DNA of 63,496 nt, the filler included, from Octopus bimaculoides (taxonomy: Eukaryota): NCBI RefSeq assembly GCF_001194135.2. It is 4 parts of 4 records of this genome, joined end to end, with 100 filler letters (N's around TTAATTAATTAA, not from the genome) between each part and the next. Parts side by side here need not be neighbours in the genome. Positions count along the whole stretch, not along the records: positions 1 to 26,011 come from NC_068983.1; positions 26,112 to 54,312 come from NC_068998.1; 2 more parts are not named here. The stretch is one strand, 5' to 3'. Below the pieces are notes generated by a model. The model was not told where the DNA came from and did no database searches. It saw only the letters and a list, made by a program, of their open reading frames with translations. This document shows positions 13,475 through 27,774 of the stretch, piece after piece; the stretch's first letter is position 1; every line of letters starts with the position of its first letter. The translations under genes and the position numbers were made by a program.

Positions 13475-14815
13475 TATATGCATACACACATATACATAAA
13501 TGTAAGTACATAAATCCATGCATACATACATATATGAGTAGGTGCGCGTATGTTTGCATACAAATACTTTCATATGTAAGTAAATATATTTGTAAGATTG
13601 TGGATGTGTAGGGGAGTGTATACGTGTGTGTGCATGTGTGTACGTGTGTGTACGCGCGCGTGCGGCTGCGTGTGAATGATGCAAAACGGTAGACCAGCCT
13701 CTACTGCCAGTATCTCATAATGGTTTTTGGTATTTGAATGCAAGACGCTTGAGACACATGGTAGATCTCATGAGAATTCCGCGATGCGTATTTTAGTCAT
13801 TCGATCAACTAAACTATTTACACATGGAATATAGCATAACAGGTCATGTAATCTATGAACATTTTTATACTTAGAGTAATCGTGTGGTAGAAACATACGT
13901 GACACAGTGTATGAGAATGCCAAATCCATTGAATAAGAGGTGCAATTAACCTGATCAGTTTCCATTTAGTTTCTGTCAACTCAATATAACTCAAAAGATT
14001 TGGGCTGCCCTAAGGCTATGATAAAAAAAAAAAACAGTTGACTAGACACTGGATTTGAGCGTGGGATCTCCGGCATTGCAAAGGGATTTTCTTAACAATT
14101 CTGAGTTGTTTTAAAATAATCCTTTCTACTTACTATAGGTACAAGGCTTGGAATTTGTGGGGAGGGGGATAGCCGATAACGTCGACCTCAGTTCTTGACT
14201 GGTACTTAATTTATCGACCCCAAATGGATGAAAGGTAAGTCAACCTCGGCGGAATTCAGAACGTAAAGACAGACGAAATACCGCTAAGTATTTTGCTCGG
14301 TGTGCTAACGATTCTGCCAGCTCAACAACATATAACAATATCATACATTGCTGTAAGTTCTTTCTTTCTTAATTTTTCTCAAATAAAACGCATAAACTGT
14401 TATGTTGGAGCACAGCAGTATTCACTTTTGTATATATTCAGTTATGTGTTTGTGTGTGTATGTGCGTGTGTATTTGCGTAAATATATGTGAATGTATGTG
14501 TGTGTGTGTGTACATGTGTGTATGCACTGTTTGTGTGTAAATGTAACTATATGCGTAAGCATATTTTTGTGAATGAGCTTCTGTAAGCACGTGTATGAGT
14601 GTATACACACATCTATATAGTCATTCATGTATTTCTATACAAGATGGCGATGTTTCTTCTATTGAAGGCTACATTGGGACAGGAAGTTGTTGTGAGATAG
14701 CCACTCAAGACTTTTATCAGGTTAATAGGTTAAAGAATACCGGGCTAAAATTTCTACACGTGTAATCTATACGAATGTAAAGTATCGTTGACAAGCTAGG
14801 GAATACAAACACACG

Positions 14816-14857
<42 letters not shown>

Positions 14858-15862
14858 TCTATCTATCTATACTCATGTACACGTACATACAGACGTATAT
14901 ACATACATGCACACATACATTAATATATATAACAAAATAGAAATGAAAATTTCGATATTCAGTGAAATAATTTAGTTCTTACCTTGCTATATATATTCAG
15001 GAATAAAACATAACAACTTCCGGTAATGGCTGCCATTTTAAGTAAATGTCCGCAACATTTTATTTTTTATTTTTTTATATTTGAAATCTTTTTTATGTTT
15101 TTTTCTATTATTTCTGAAATAGACAAGAATAAAAATAAAAAAATTAAGTTCAGTGTTAGAATTCATTATAAACGGTTTAATAATTCATAATTAATATCAG
15201 TCTTAACGACTATTAACAAATACACACACACATACACACACACACACATACACACATATAGCTCTTGCAAGCTAAACATTACATAGATTTTGGTTGAGTA
15301 GATAGACATTTGGTGTAGACAAAATACGTAGAATTTGGCTGGACATACATAGTCTACATTTTGTTTAGATAGAGGCAGCAATAGCAACACTACCACCAAT
15401 AATAGTAATTGTTTCAATTTTTTGCACAAGGTTGTGTTGCTGTTAGTGCTAGTGTTGGTATGGTTCAAACTGAGTTTTCAGAAGTGACGGCTGTAGTATA
15501 AAGAGCAAAAAAACCCCTCAGCAACGAGTACATACTAATGTATGAATTTATACATACATACATATATACAAAAATACCCTGTTGTTGATGTTGAAATTCC
15601 AATGAAGGAACCTTGGATCTAGGTTAGAAACCGGTTCTTTCTCTATTGGCAAGAAATCTTGAAATAAACTGAATAATGACATACATATTCATGCACACAC
15701 ATGTACATACATACATACATACATACATACATGTGTATGTGTATGCACAAACATAAATGCATACATATATACATATACTCATATATACACACACGTACGT
15801 ACATGCATACGTACATGCATACGTACATGCATACGTACATACATACGTCCGTGCATACCATA

Positions 15863-15896
<34 letters not shown>

Positions 15897-16699
15897 ATAT
15901 NNNNNNNNNNNNNNNNNNNNNNNNNNNNNNNNNNNNNNNNNNNNNNNNNNNNNNNNNNNNNNNNNNNNNNNNNNNNNNNNNNNNNNNNNNNNNNNNNNNN
16001 NNNNNNNNNNNNNNNNNNNNNNNNNNNNNNNNNNNNNNNNNNNNNNNNNNNNNNNNNNNNNNNNNNNNNNNNNNNNNNNNNNNNNNNNNNNNNNNNNNNN
16101 NNNNNNNNNNNNNNNNNNNNNNNNNNNNNNNNNNNNNNNNNNNNNNNNNNNNNNNNNNNNNNNNNNNNNNNNNNNNNNNNNNNNNNNNNNNNNNNNNNNN
16201 ACTAAGAAATGAGATTCTAATCAACATTAAACAACAAAACCGCTACTTAATTATTTCAAGTGAAGCATCTTTCAAATTTATGAAAAGAAAGAGGGGAAAG
16301 AGAGAGAGAGAGAGAGAGAAATCGAGGAGAGGGTACTGTTTCTGCGTGCGCGTGTATTTGAAGTGGCCATGCTTCTTATTTCTTTGATCGGTACTCTATT
16401 TCCGGTTTGTCATACCAGTATTTGCTCCGCACGAATCACACTCACACACAGCACACTTAAACTCACAGAAACACACACAAATATACACGCACACACACAC
16501 ACATCTCATCCATATGGGTGAATGTATCTATGTATATTGGTGTATAGATGTATGTGTAGTCATACATATATTTGCGTTAATGTAGTGTATGTGTTTACGA
16601 GCATTGTTACTGGCGTACATATTGAGCTCTAACGTAAGACACAAGCCTTCAACAATTAGCGGGGGATAAGGTTGATCCAGTCGACCTACCACTACATCA

Positions 16700-17032
16700 C
16701 CGGTACTTACTTTGACTCTACAAGGAACATTGTTGTTGTTTGTTCCTCCTCGAGCCATGGCTCATGCCTTGGTTCCTCGGTTTCATTGGCGTATAGGTTC
16801 CCCACCTGGACAAGACGCCGGTCCGTTGCAGGTGAGCTGCTAGATGCAGGGGAAAGAGTGAGAGAAAGTTGTGGCGAAAGAATCAGCAGACGTTCGCCAT
16901 TGCCTTCTGCCAGAGCTGAGTAGAACCTAAGTGTTTCGCTCATAAACACACACATCGCCCGGTCTGAGATTCGAACCCGCGATCCCTCGACCGCGAGTCA
17001 GCAGCTCTAACCACTAGGCCATGTGCCTCCAC
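16700..17032 (-). mobile_element. tRNA-derived SINE sharing the head of 37517-37899 but with a different tail
   Basis: Head GTGGAGGCACATGGCCTAGTGGTTAGAGC...GGTTCGAATC on the minus strand. The 3' part diverges after the CTTTCTCTCACTC segment. Confidence 0.75.
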
Positions 17033-17250
17033 GCAAAGAACATTAGCTGTCGTTAATTCCGATAACGTGGTACAAGCGTATACAATAAAGCGATCTTGTC
17101 AGTAATAATAATAATAATAATAATAGTTTCAAATTTTGGCACAAGGCCCGAAATTTCGGGAGGAGGGGCTAAGTCGATTACATAGACTCACAGTGATCAA
17201 GTGGTACTTATTTCATCGAGTCCAAAAGGATCAATAAAATAAGTACCAGT

Positions 17251-17310
<60 letters not shown>

Positions 17311-17313
<3 letters not shown>

Positions 17314-17694
17314 TTAGTGGTTGACGATATGTGCATCTCTGATCATGAGCAGAAGTATTGGGGGAACATCATAGCCATGTGTTGAGAGGAATTCTTTGGG
17401 GTTTGAATAATTCACCTTTTGAAACATTGGTATTTTGCTCAACATCCTTAAACAAAACTTATTCATGGACCGTTTGAGCGGGATGGGCTACTCGACCTGA
17501 AGAAAATCCTAACTGGGCCCCACCTGCGAGGTCATGCGCTGTTTATCTTGATATGAGATCACCATGTCGTGCACATGTGGTTGTGATGCATGTGCCTGGT
17601 GTACCCTTATCAGACGGGTAGTCATGATGGCTATACTGGGCTTCGTATATTTTACCCCAGTGTCACTTTGATGGCATGCACCGCTCTCTCACTC
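17311..17694. mobile_element. Non-coding repeat inserted in an (AAT)n array, possibly the 3' UTR of a TAA-targeting retroelement
   Basis: About 380 bp of complex sequence bounded on both sides by long (AAT)n runs (17254-17310, 17695-17748). The family assignment is inference. Confidence 0.45.
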
Positions 17695-17748
<54 letters not shown>

Positions 17749-18335
17749 CAACTGTCTTCTGATTTGGCAAAGAGTGTTCCGATGAAATAATTACAGACAA
17801 CACCATACAACTTATGAATTCAGAAATAATACATAAAGCATATTTAATCTCGCTGAGTCCTATTGAAGTATAGCATTGATTAACCTTACAAAGATAGCGC
17901 AGACGCAGTTGATGTTTGAATCCAGAAATAAATCTCACAGAACGAAACACTGTAAACCATTAGATGTATCTCATACCACTAGTGGCATTCCTCCCATATT
18001 TACCTCATTTTTTGTGAAACCTGTCTCGCATACATACAAAATGTACATACTTTCATACATGGATATACGCATCATACATATTCATACATACATATTCATA
18101 CATACATACATACATATGTAATTATATACATGTGTGTTCTGTATAGGTCTAATTTATGATTTACACATAGTATTTAAATGTGCGTGTGAACGTGTGTGTC
18201 TGAATGTGTGTGTAGGTGTATACATATATATGTGTGTGTGTGTGTGTAATATATATATATAAATATATATATGTATACACACGTACATATGTATATATTG
18301 GCACATACACACACATACACATGTATATACATGCA

Positions 18336-18384
<49 letters not shown>

Positions 18385-18454
18385 GCACGCACACACACAC
18401 ACTCATATATATATATATAAAATTAGTGCTAAACATCTGTAAATTAGTAATGTA

Positions 18455-18486
<32 letters not shown>

Positions 18487-18941
18487 CATNNNNNNNNNNN
18501 NNNNNNNNNNNNNNNNNNNNNNNNNNNNNGTATGTATGCATGTATATAAAACACAGAAATATATTTGTGTGCCATTTTCAAAGGACACTTCTGGAATTTC
18601 GTTTTAAAAACCGAGTCTATTTTGGAAATGGAATTTGAAGTCTTCCAAATGAATATTCCTAACTACCATTTAATATATACAGGTCACGTGATGATGTCAC
18701 GCATATTCATAAAGGCAAGAGTCTGGCAAAATTACACGAGCTGCTGGATGAAGTTTCAATCAGAAATATTTCCTAGTTCGCATTTATTAAACTATTATTG
18801 ATTTTTTTTGTTTTGTTTTGCTTTATCTATTTGTTGTTATTATTGTTTATTTTAGCCTAAATTCTCTGCCACAGTTCTGATCTTACACACCTACTCCTGT
18901 CACCCCCAAAACACAAAGGACCAAATCGATTCTTTACGAAA

Positions 18942-18986
<45 letters not shown>

Positions 18987-19006
18987 AGTCAGCAGTAGTA
19001 GTGATG

Positions 19007-19038
<32 letters not shown>

Positions 19039-19189
19039 GACGATGATGTTGCTAATGTTGATGATATAAATAACAACAACAAAACGACTACAACAACAAC
19101 AATAATAATCCATGAAACTAAGTGAAAAGAATCGTTCTAGCGGAAGCTGTGAAGTGATGTGTTCAACGCAAAAAATTAATTCCTTCCTT

Positions 19190-19830
19190 TTCATTTTTGT
19201 TTCTCTCTTTCCTTCTTTCTTTCTCCTTCTTTCTCTATTTATTATTTTTCTTTCTTTCTTTCTTTCTTTCTCTCTTTCAGTGTTTGTTTCTTCATCGCAT
19301 TCCTTCTTTTTTTCATTCATCTCTTTCTTTGCTTTTCCTTCTTTCTGGATTTATTTCTTCCCTTCATTTCTTCATCCTTTCATTCTTTCATTCATTCCTT
19401 TCTTTCTTCCTTTCTTTCTTTCTTTCTTCTTTCTTTCTTTCTTTCTTTCTTCTTGTCTTTTATTTGTTTGTTTCTTTCTTTCTGTCTTCCTCTCCCTCTC
19501 TATTTCTCCCTTCCTTCCTTCCTTCCCTCCCTCCCTCCCCCTCTCCTTCCTTCCTTTCTTCCTTCCTTCCTTCNNNNNNNNNNNNNNNNNNNNNNNNNNN
19601 NNNNNNNNNNNNNNNNNNNNNNNNNNNNNNNNNNNNNNNNNNNNNNNNNNNNNNNNNNNNNNNNNNNNNNNNNNNNNNNNNNNNNNNNNNNNNNNNNNNN
19701 NNNNNNNNNNNNNNNNNNNNNNNNNNNNNNNNNNNNNNNNNNNNNNNNNNNNNNNNNNNNNNNNNNTCCCCCTCTCCTTCCTTCCTTTCTTCCTTCCTTC
19801 CTTCCTTCCTTCCTTCATTCCTTCCTTCCT
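19190..19830. repeat. Pyrimidine-rich low-complexity tract, (TTTC)n/(TTCC)n
   Basis: Seen directly; spans a gap. Confidence 0.95.
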
Positions 19831-22213
19831 TTAAACCAACATAAAAAAAACGTTACTTGCGAACTTAAGGATGTAACGAAAGAACCAATTACGGTTATAA
19901 ATGCTAACAAAGGCAATATAGCCTCGTAATCTTGAAAGGAAGAGATTTTTCACACACAAAGACAATGGGAGAATAAAACGAAAACGAAGAAAATTGGTAT
20001 GTGCTAGCTGTGTTGTAAAATCCGAAATACAGCAAGTCGATGGTCAATAAACATCAGTTCTCATTTATTGCTCGATAAAATAAAAAATAAATAAATAAAT
20101 AAATAAAAGAAAGAGAAAAGAAAAATACACTCAGCAGGTTTAATCCCCAAGACCAACCACAAACGAACAATTTTGCACAAGATGCAAAACAATATAATAG
20201 TATTTTATTGCATCAAGGCCTTTGATAATTATGTTTTGCACACTGATGCCAAAGCGATCACTATTGAGAATCGCCACTGCTAACTTCCATATATAACAGC
20301 TCAATGTATAGGAGACTAAACATTAGCTTAGCTACATAAAGATGAAGGATATGACGTGTTCAGTGAACCATTAGAACTCAAAAGATACTATCCCGTACTT
20401 AGAAGCGTGTTGTGTTTAAATAGCGAGATATAAAAGAAGTATATTAGACAAAGCTTCATTAACGGAGTACAATGCATTGCATTAGGACTTGGGATAATAT
20501 CAAGAAGTGGAAGGAATTAATGAAAACACCAGAAAGTTATTAAATCACATACGTTATGTGTATATGTGTATGAGAGAGTGAGAGAGGTTGTGTGTGTGTA
20601 GTACATACATACGTATATACACACATGCATGTATGTATGTACATATGAATGTGTGTATGTATGTATATATGTATATATGCATGTAGGTACTTATATGAAT
20701 AATCATGTCGTTTATCTTTTATTTCAATCAGTCATTGGACTGCGGCCATGCTGGGGTACCGCCTTGGAGGGTTTTAGTTGAACGAATCGACACCGGTTCT
20801 TATATTTTAAGGCCTGGCGCTGATTCTATCTCTTTGCCAAGCCATTAAGTTATTGGGACGTAAATACACGAATACCGGTCAACCTGTGGTGAGGGAAAAG
20901 CACAATGAAACACACACACACACACACACACACAACTAACCAAACAGATAGACCCTGAAGAAGGTGCACTGAAAATCGTGTCAGGTTGCAACTACAACTA
21001 CCCGTAATCTATACAGTGGAATCCCATGTAAGTCACAAAGCTCATAAAAATATGCTGTATAAAATGGCAAGATAAGAGGGAATAAAATTTTGAGAATAAG
21101 TCTCCATGTTCTATATCGTTATAATTACTGCTGATATATATATAGTCCAGACAATATTACCGTCCATTGAAGCGAACACGGAATTACCCATCGGAGAAAT
21201 TTACAAAGTGACTAACAACTAATAATAGTCACAGGCGTTAAATACTGATCGATACAGTTAGCTGTAACGTGGAGTATAACTAAGAGTCACCACGGTATCC
21301 AACCGGATGAAATATCCCTCCAAACTCTCTCTCACACACACACACATACGACGGGCTTCTTTCAGTTTCCGACTGCTAGAGCTACTCACAAGGCTTTGGT
21401 CGGCCCGGAGCTATAACAGAAGACACTTGCCTAAGGGTCCACGCAATGAGACTGAACTCGGAACTATGTGCATGGGAAATAAACGTTTTACCACGCAGTC
21501 ATGCCTGTACCTGCAGAATGTTTTACAGGAATCACAGAGAGGATTAAAACCATTTTTCTCTTGTCAACTATAAAACTGTGTCCTTTCACACTTAGCTAAT
21601 TGTTCTGTCGCAAGACGTAATATTGTTTTCAAATTTTGGCACGATGCCTGCAATTTCAGCGGAGTGGCTAAGTCGATTGCATCAACTTCAGTGCACAACC
21701 GGCGCTTATATTCTCGACTCCGAAACGATGAAAGGTGAGATGGACCTTTGAAGAACTTGAACTCGGAACATATAGATGGACGAAATGCTGCTAAGCATTT
21801 AACCAGCGTGCTCACGATTCTGCCAGCTCGCCGCTTTCACAAGGCATAATATTATTTACATTTAATTTAATTTAGAGTTATTTACCCCGAAGAGATGCAT
21901 ACAGACAATATCTCTTGACCACTTTGTCTTCTACGTATCACAGCTACAACTATTGCTACTATATATGTGTGTGTGTATATATATATATATAAAACTTTGA
22001 AAATTTTGTTCGTTTTTTGTAATTGTGAAATTTTTTCGCCATGAACGGTTTGTGTTTTTAAACGGAGTGTATTTTTTCTGATGTTATATTTATTCCTGAA
22101 TGATGTGTAAAGAAATTTTGATTTAAGCATCTTAATGAATTCTTTATACTGAAATATATATTGAAGAAGATAAATATGTTCTTTTGAATTTATACGTTTT
22201 GCGTCGTAACTCC

Positions 22214-22297
<84 letters not shown>

Positions 22298-23367
22298 ATC
22301 TGTGTGTATGTGTGTACAAACATATAGACATATGGATGTGTGTATGTGACAAAACAGAAAGAGGAAACAGTAAAGGTTCGTGTACCAGAGGGGTGATTAC
22401 TGTTGGAATTGTCATTCGTATCATCATTATGAATGCAGCCAGACTTTGTTTCAAACAAGTATGAATCAAACGCGTATGTGTATATGTGTGTATACATGCA
22501 TACACACATGGAACTTCATAATCATACATATGTATATGTAAATATAGAATTATATGTTTTTACATGTATACGTACACACACGCACACACACACATACACA
22601 CACACATATATATGTATGTATGTATGTAATCATGTATGTATGTAATCATGTATGTGCGTATAGATAGTATTTACAGAAATGCATGCAATATTTATATATC
22701 GACAGAAGTGAAATAAACAAAACATGAAAGATCAGTGTTGCTATGAATAATAATATCGTTTTCCGAATTGATGCACTTTGCATCGTTGCCAGACTGTCAT
22801 TTTATTTCATATTCAAAATGTCAACCAGCGTTCATCAGCAAGCTCTACGTAGTCTCTGGTGATTTTCTCTTCTCGCCAGGCGTTCGGTCAAATAAACTCT
22901 AAAAGTATCCGTCAGCCTATGTTGTATGACGAATTTAGCAACCGAATCTCCTTCAAGGACAGTCTATGTATTTGTCTATGAAAAATTACGAAAGGAACAC
23001 TTTAATGATCATCTCTACACAGAACCACCTTAAAAATTTATGGATTCCGAAATAACATATGGCCACAGAAAGCCAGAGAGGGAATCTCTATCTGGTCGGT
23101 CTGTCTGTTTGATATAGGGATCAAAGCTCCTTCAAATCATATTGTATCATATTAAATAAGAGAGTCATGTTAAATAATACATTAGTAGGTAGACTGTGAC
23201 TAAAAATTATGGATGATCGCGGTTTAAATGTTTTTGTCCGGAGTTGAGTTGGGGGTTCAACAAAATGATAATGACATCTAAGTCGGATATTTTGGGAGCA
23301 AGGTATAATCGACAGAGATGAAAGAGAAAATAGGAAAAGAGTACAACTGAACAGTCAAATCAATACC

Positions 23368-23580
23368 GGTTTCAAATTTTGGTACAAGTCCAGAAATTAC
23401 GGGGAAGGGTGTAGGTCGATTATATTGACCCCAGTGTGCAACTGGTACTTATTTTATCGACCCCGAACGGATGAAAGGCAAAGTCGACCTCAGTGGAATT
23501 TGAATTCAGAACGTAAAGACGGACGAAATTCTGCTAAGTACTTTGTCCGGCGTGCTATCGATTTTGCCAGCTTGCCGCCA
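23368..23580 (-). mobile_element. Second SINE family (GGCGGCGAGCTGGCAGAA head), reference copy
   Basis: Minus-strand head GGCGGCAAGCTGGCAAAATCG...GTTCTGAATTCAAATTCC, core GGGGTCGATAAAATAAGTACCAG. Other copies (approximate): 1370-1590, 10790-10975, 11000-11205, 14118-14322, 21625-21836, 45100-45240, 47370-47490, 62690-62830. Confidence 0.8.
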
Positions 23581-23618
23581 TGACAGTCGGATTTAATACC
23601 AAAACCTTTGCATCCATT

Positions 23619-23935
23619 ATTGATGTAGCTTCATCTGCAGACATGAATGTAGCGGTCAAAGAACAAGATTGAATAGGAAAACATCAAGATTTGGCCTGGG
23701 AAATATGAGGACTGTGGAAGGTCTACAAAAGTAATCCCATTTGTTATAAGTGCCCTAAATACCGTCACCAACAGCCTTAACAATTCCTCTATTGAGATTG
23801 TATTAATTCAGAAATCTGCTTTATTAAGAACAGCAAGGATTATAAGAAAAGTCCTTGATATCTAAGGAAACTGGTTGTGACCCAGTATCGAGGTCATTGA
23901 TTCCGAATACAAAGCATTCGTGCACACCATGAATA
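23619..23935 (+). mobile_element. R4/Dong-clade non-LTR retrotransposon 3' end (decayed restriction-like endonuclease + 3' UTR)
   Basis: IDVASSADMNVAVKEQD*IGKHQDLAWEI*GLWKV...IQKSALLRTARIIRKVLDI*, matching the REL endonuclease C-terminus. Contains stops and a frameshift. Confidence 0.75.
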
Positions 23936-24394
23936 CTACTACGACTACTAAATTACTACTAATGATGATGGTTTATCAATCCCTTGCAGACGGATTCAGT
24001 ACTGACAGTCTGTGCTGTGTACTGGCATTAGGCCGTTCAGTAACTACTCTATCTTACATACAAGGAATTTTGCAGTGCATTTACAGCTTCATCTTAGTAT
24101 GGTATATTTGAAAATACGGTGCCGCACAGAGCGAGACATCGCACTGCTCACACACACGGTGTTTCAATGCAGTCAGTACCGTTTCCCGCCTGCAAGGGGT
24201 TAGATAAGCATTAGTAGATGAAACCTAGTCAATTGAAATTAAAATGATTCCCACAACACGACTTTTGTCTATTTTAACGACTTCGAATAGAAGAAATGTA
24301 ACAGAGATGTTAGAAAGATTTGATCTTAAAATGTAAAGAGGTCGGTGTCAATAAGACGATATACTCTGTGTATTAAAATACACACTCACACATG

Positions 24395-24463
<69 letters not shown>

Positions 24464-25967
24464 ATAAGGGCATGTATGTGTATGTATGTTATACATACAC
24501 ACACTACATATACATTTATAATATATATATATATATATATATATCTGTGTATGCGTGTGTGTGTGTATGCATACACACACATATTTACGTGTAAAAATCT
24601 GTGAATGCGTGTGTGCATGTATGGATATATGTTGTGTGCGTAGATGTGCACTCACACACCCACACACATAGATATCAGATATTTAGGTATGTGCTTGGTA
24701 TTTTAAGTTTACTGGATAGGGTTTTTTTTTTTTTTCTTCACTTCCGGAATTCGAATACCGGGCCATGAAATATACACAATGAATGAATATATGAACCCAG
24801 AAGACAAGAGAGAGAGAGGGGGGGGGGAGAGAAATGGAGAGAGAGAGTGAGATAGAGGCAAGCTGTAAAATAGCAAAAAGCAAAGACCCGCCCCTCCAAA
24901 AAAAAAAAAATCATATGATTACAAGCCTTTAGCATCAACAAATTTGAAATAGGTTAGTTATACAACAGTAGTTATAGCATAAAACAAACGGAAACCCCAG
25001 GAAGTACATGCCGTGCGTTTTAAATATTCTACTTGATCTTGCGATTCGAACACAATCACACACTGTATGTATGTGCATATATATGTGTGTATGTGTGTGT
25101 GTATACACACAAATACACATATAGATATACGCACACGCGCACATACACGTTTTAGTATACATTTTTTATTAGGATTTTCATTGAGAAACTGAATGTTCAT
25201 GGCTCTTGTAGACCTCTCTCGGTCAATATGATATGTGTGTGTGTGTGTGTGCGTGATGGACATAGAGAGAGAGGGGGAGAGAGAGAGAAAGATAGAGAAA
25301 GAGTGAGAGAGAGAGATGGAAAGAGAGAAAAGGCTTGCCAAAGTTGCAAGAGAAACTAATTGGAAGCAGACAGCGAACGGAACCTAAACCCTGTGCAGCT
25401 CATTCGCCTCTGGGAAATCCTGGTTCCTGCAGCTTCACTAGTTATACTGAAAACACAGGAAGTGCTTCATAAAAATGCCTGCTGGGTAATAAGTGGAAAC
25501 AAGCAAGGACATTGATATTAACATGTCAATGTGGCAATGCAATACTTTTGACTTTCCACTCTCCACCGCCACTTGTTCGCTACAGCAAACTGTTCCAGCG
25601 TGACCAAATTTGAGAGTGGAATAATGATACAGAAAAATTGGCATCTTTTTTTTTTGTATGCTTGCTTGAGTTTTTTTCTTTTGATTTTATTTTATTTTAT
25701 CTTTTTTTTCGTATTTGTTCCTTCTGTATGTATATGTTTGTATGTGTGTGTGTGTGTGTGTGTGTATGTATATATAAAAACAGGGAGAGAGAGAGAAGAG
25801 AGAGGGGGGAGGGAGAGAGAAGGAAGCCTTAAATATAAAATATGAAAGCCTACATTAGTATCATGTGGTGGATACTAAATTTGAAAAAAGTCTACTTTGA
25901 ACTAAATTCAACGAGTGTGTGTGCGCGCGTATGTATGTATGTATATATGTATGTATGTATGTATGTA

Positions 25968-26011
<44 letters not shown>

Positions 26012-26111
26012 NNNNNNNNNNNNNNNNNNNNNNNNNNNNNNNNNNNNNNNNNNNNTTAATTAATTAANNNNNNNNNNNNNNNNNNNNNNNNNNNNNNNNN
26101 NNNNNNNNNNN
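26012..26111. other. Artificial scaffolding spacer 44N-TTAATTAATTAA-44N
   Basis: The identical 100-bp structure occurs three times, and the linker places stop codons in all six frames. Confidence 0.95.
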
Positions 26112-26378
26112 GTTTAGATCGGTAACAGAAATGAGAGTTAAAAATCGTAATTTTTAAAGGGAGTTAGAGACAAATTTCAGTCAGGTTTGGGCTAAGGAGC
26201 AAAAACTTCAGCAAGTAGATGCGAAGACGATAGATCGCGTGAGATAGAGAAAAAATACATAAATAATCATGAATTCAAGACATAAATGTATAGTTAGAGA
26301 GAACGAAGTGGGGTGGTGGATGAGGAGCGCATCAGAAGGGATAATATATGAAAAATAGGAATGACTTAGCTATTGTTC

Positions 26379-26435
<57 letters not shown>

Positions 26436-27140
26436 TATCATCATCATTTAACGTCTTTTTTCCATGCTGGCATGGATTGGATGGTTTGACAGGAGCTTGT
26501 AAGGCCAGGGGCAGCACCAGGCTCCACTGTCTGTTCTGGCATGATTTCTATAGCCTGATGCTGTTCCTAATGCCAATCACTTTACAGAGTGGGTGCTTGT
26601 CACATGACACCAGCACCAGTATCAATTCAGCTGTGGTGGAACTAGCTTCTTGACAACAGCAAAATGCCAGATATCTCAGTCCTTTGTAGGACTCAGTGTC
26701 TTGAGATTGGCCTCTGTGTGTGTGTGTGTGTGTGTAAACACACACATGCATGCATTATCATAATACTAACAGCAGTGGAAGAAATGGAGGGCTTTTCACA
26801 GTTACTTAGCTCCAAGGTTTACATTATTCAAAACTAAACTTATTCAAAACAACTTTTTATCTTTATTTGAAAATTGTATAAATATTTGATGAAAGCAAGT
26901 TCTAGGAAAATAAAAAAAAAATTAATATTCTAATATTTGAATCAATATTTACTTATTCAAATATTAGAGCATTAATACTTTATAAACCTTACTTTCATCA
27001 AATGTATCAGGTTTCAAATACAGATGAAATGTTTTGAGTTGGAAGCAACTCAAAACTTAGTGAAAACAACTAAGAAAAGCCCCAGTTTTTCCCTTTGTTG
27101 TTTTTATAATTGCATACTTTTTCTTTCATTTGTATTAACG

Positions 27141-27177
<37 letters not shown>

Positions 27178-27538
27178 CATATATATATATATATATTTAT
27201 TCTCTTTTACTTGTTTCAGTCATTTCACTGTGGCCATGCTGGAGTATTGCTTTAGTCAAACAAATCAACCCCAGGACTTATCCTTTGTAAGCCTAGTACT
27301 TATTCTATCAGTCTCTTTTGCTGAACCGCTAAGTTACAGGGATGTAAACACACCAACATCAGTTGTCAAGCAATGCTTGGGGGGGGGGGGGAACAAACAC
27401 AGACACACACATATACATATATATATATACATGGCTAAAGGCACTGCCCCAGCATGGCCACAGTCAAATGACTGAAACAAGTAAAAGAGCAAAGAGTATA
27501 TATATACACACACACACACATATATATATAAATATATA

Positions 27539-27774
27539 CAGGGTGGCCCAAAAGTAGGCTTACAGTTATTCAATTAGCTCTTTCACATTTATATATTAAC
27601 AGTTTAGATCTTAATTATAAAAAAATATGAAGCCATTATTTTATGCTAATTTAGTTAATTTTGTCAAGCTCCCTTTTCAGTTTGTAAGATAGAAATTTAA
27701 ATGTAATAAAATGGTTTAAAAGAAATTTAAAGTGCCTACATGATAACTGTTAAACCTACTTTTGCGTCACCCTG
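27539..27774. mobile_element. Tc1/mariner-type MITE (236 bp) nested in a SINE
   Basis: About 30-bp imperfect TIRs (CAGGGTGGCCCAAAAGTAGGCTTACAGTTAT / ATAACTGTTAAACCTACTTTTGCGTCACCCTG) with TA on both sides. Confidence 0.85.

Noticed and set aside
18640-18720. E-box and POU-like motifs (GTCACGTG, GCATATTCAT)
   Set aside because: A few short motifs, compatible with chance in AT-rich DNA.
26056-26067. TTAATTAATTAA recurring three times
   Set aside because: Artificial six-frame-stop linker in a fixed 100-bp spacer, not biology.
26993-27069. Exon-sized minus-strand segment with AG/GTAAG ends, candidate MTFMT exon 6
   Set aside because: Stops in all three frames and no similarity to the expected sequence.
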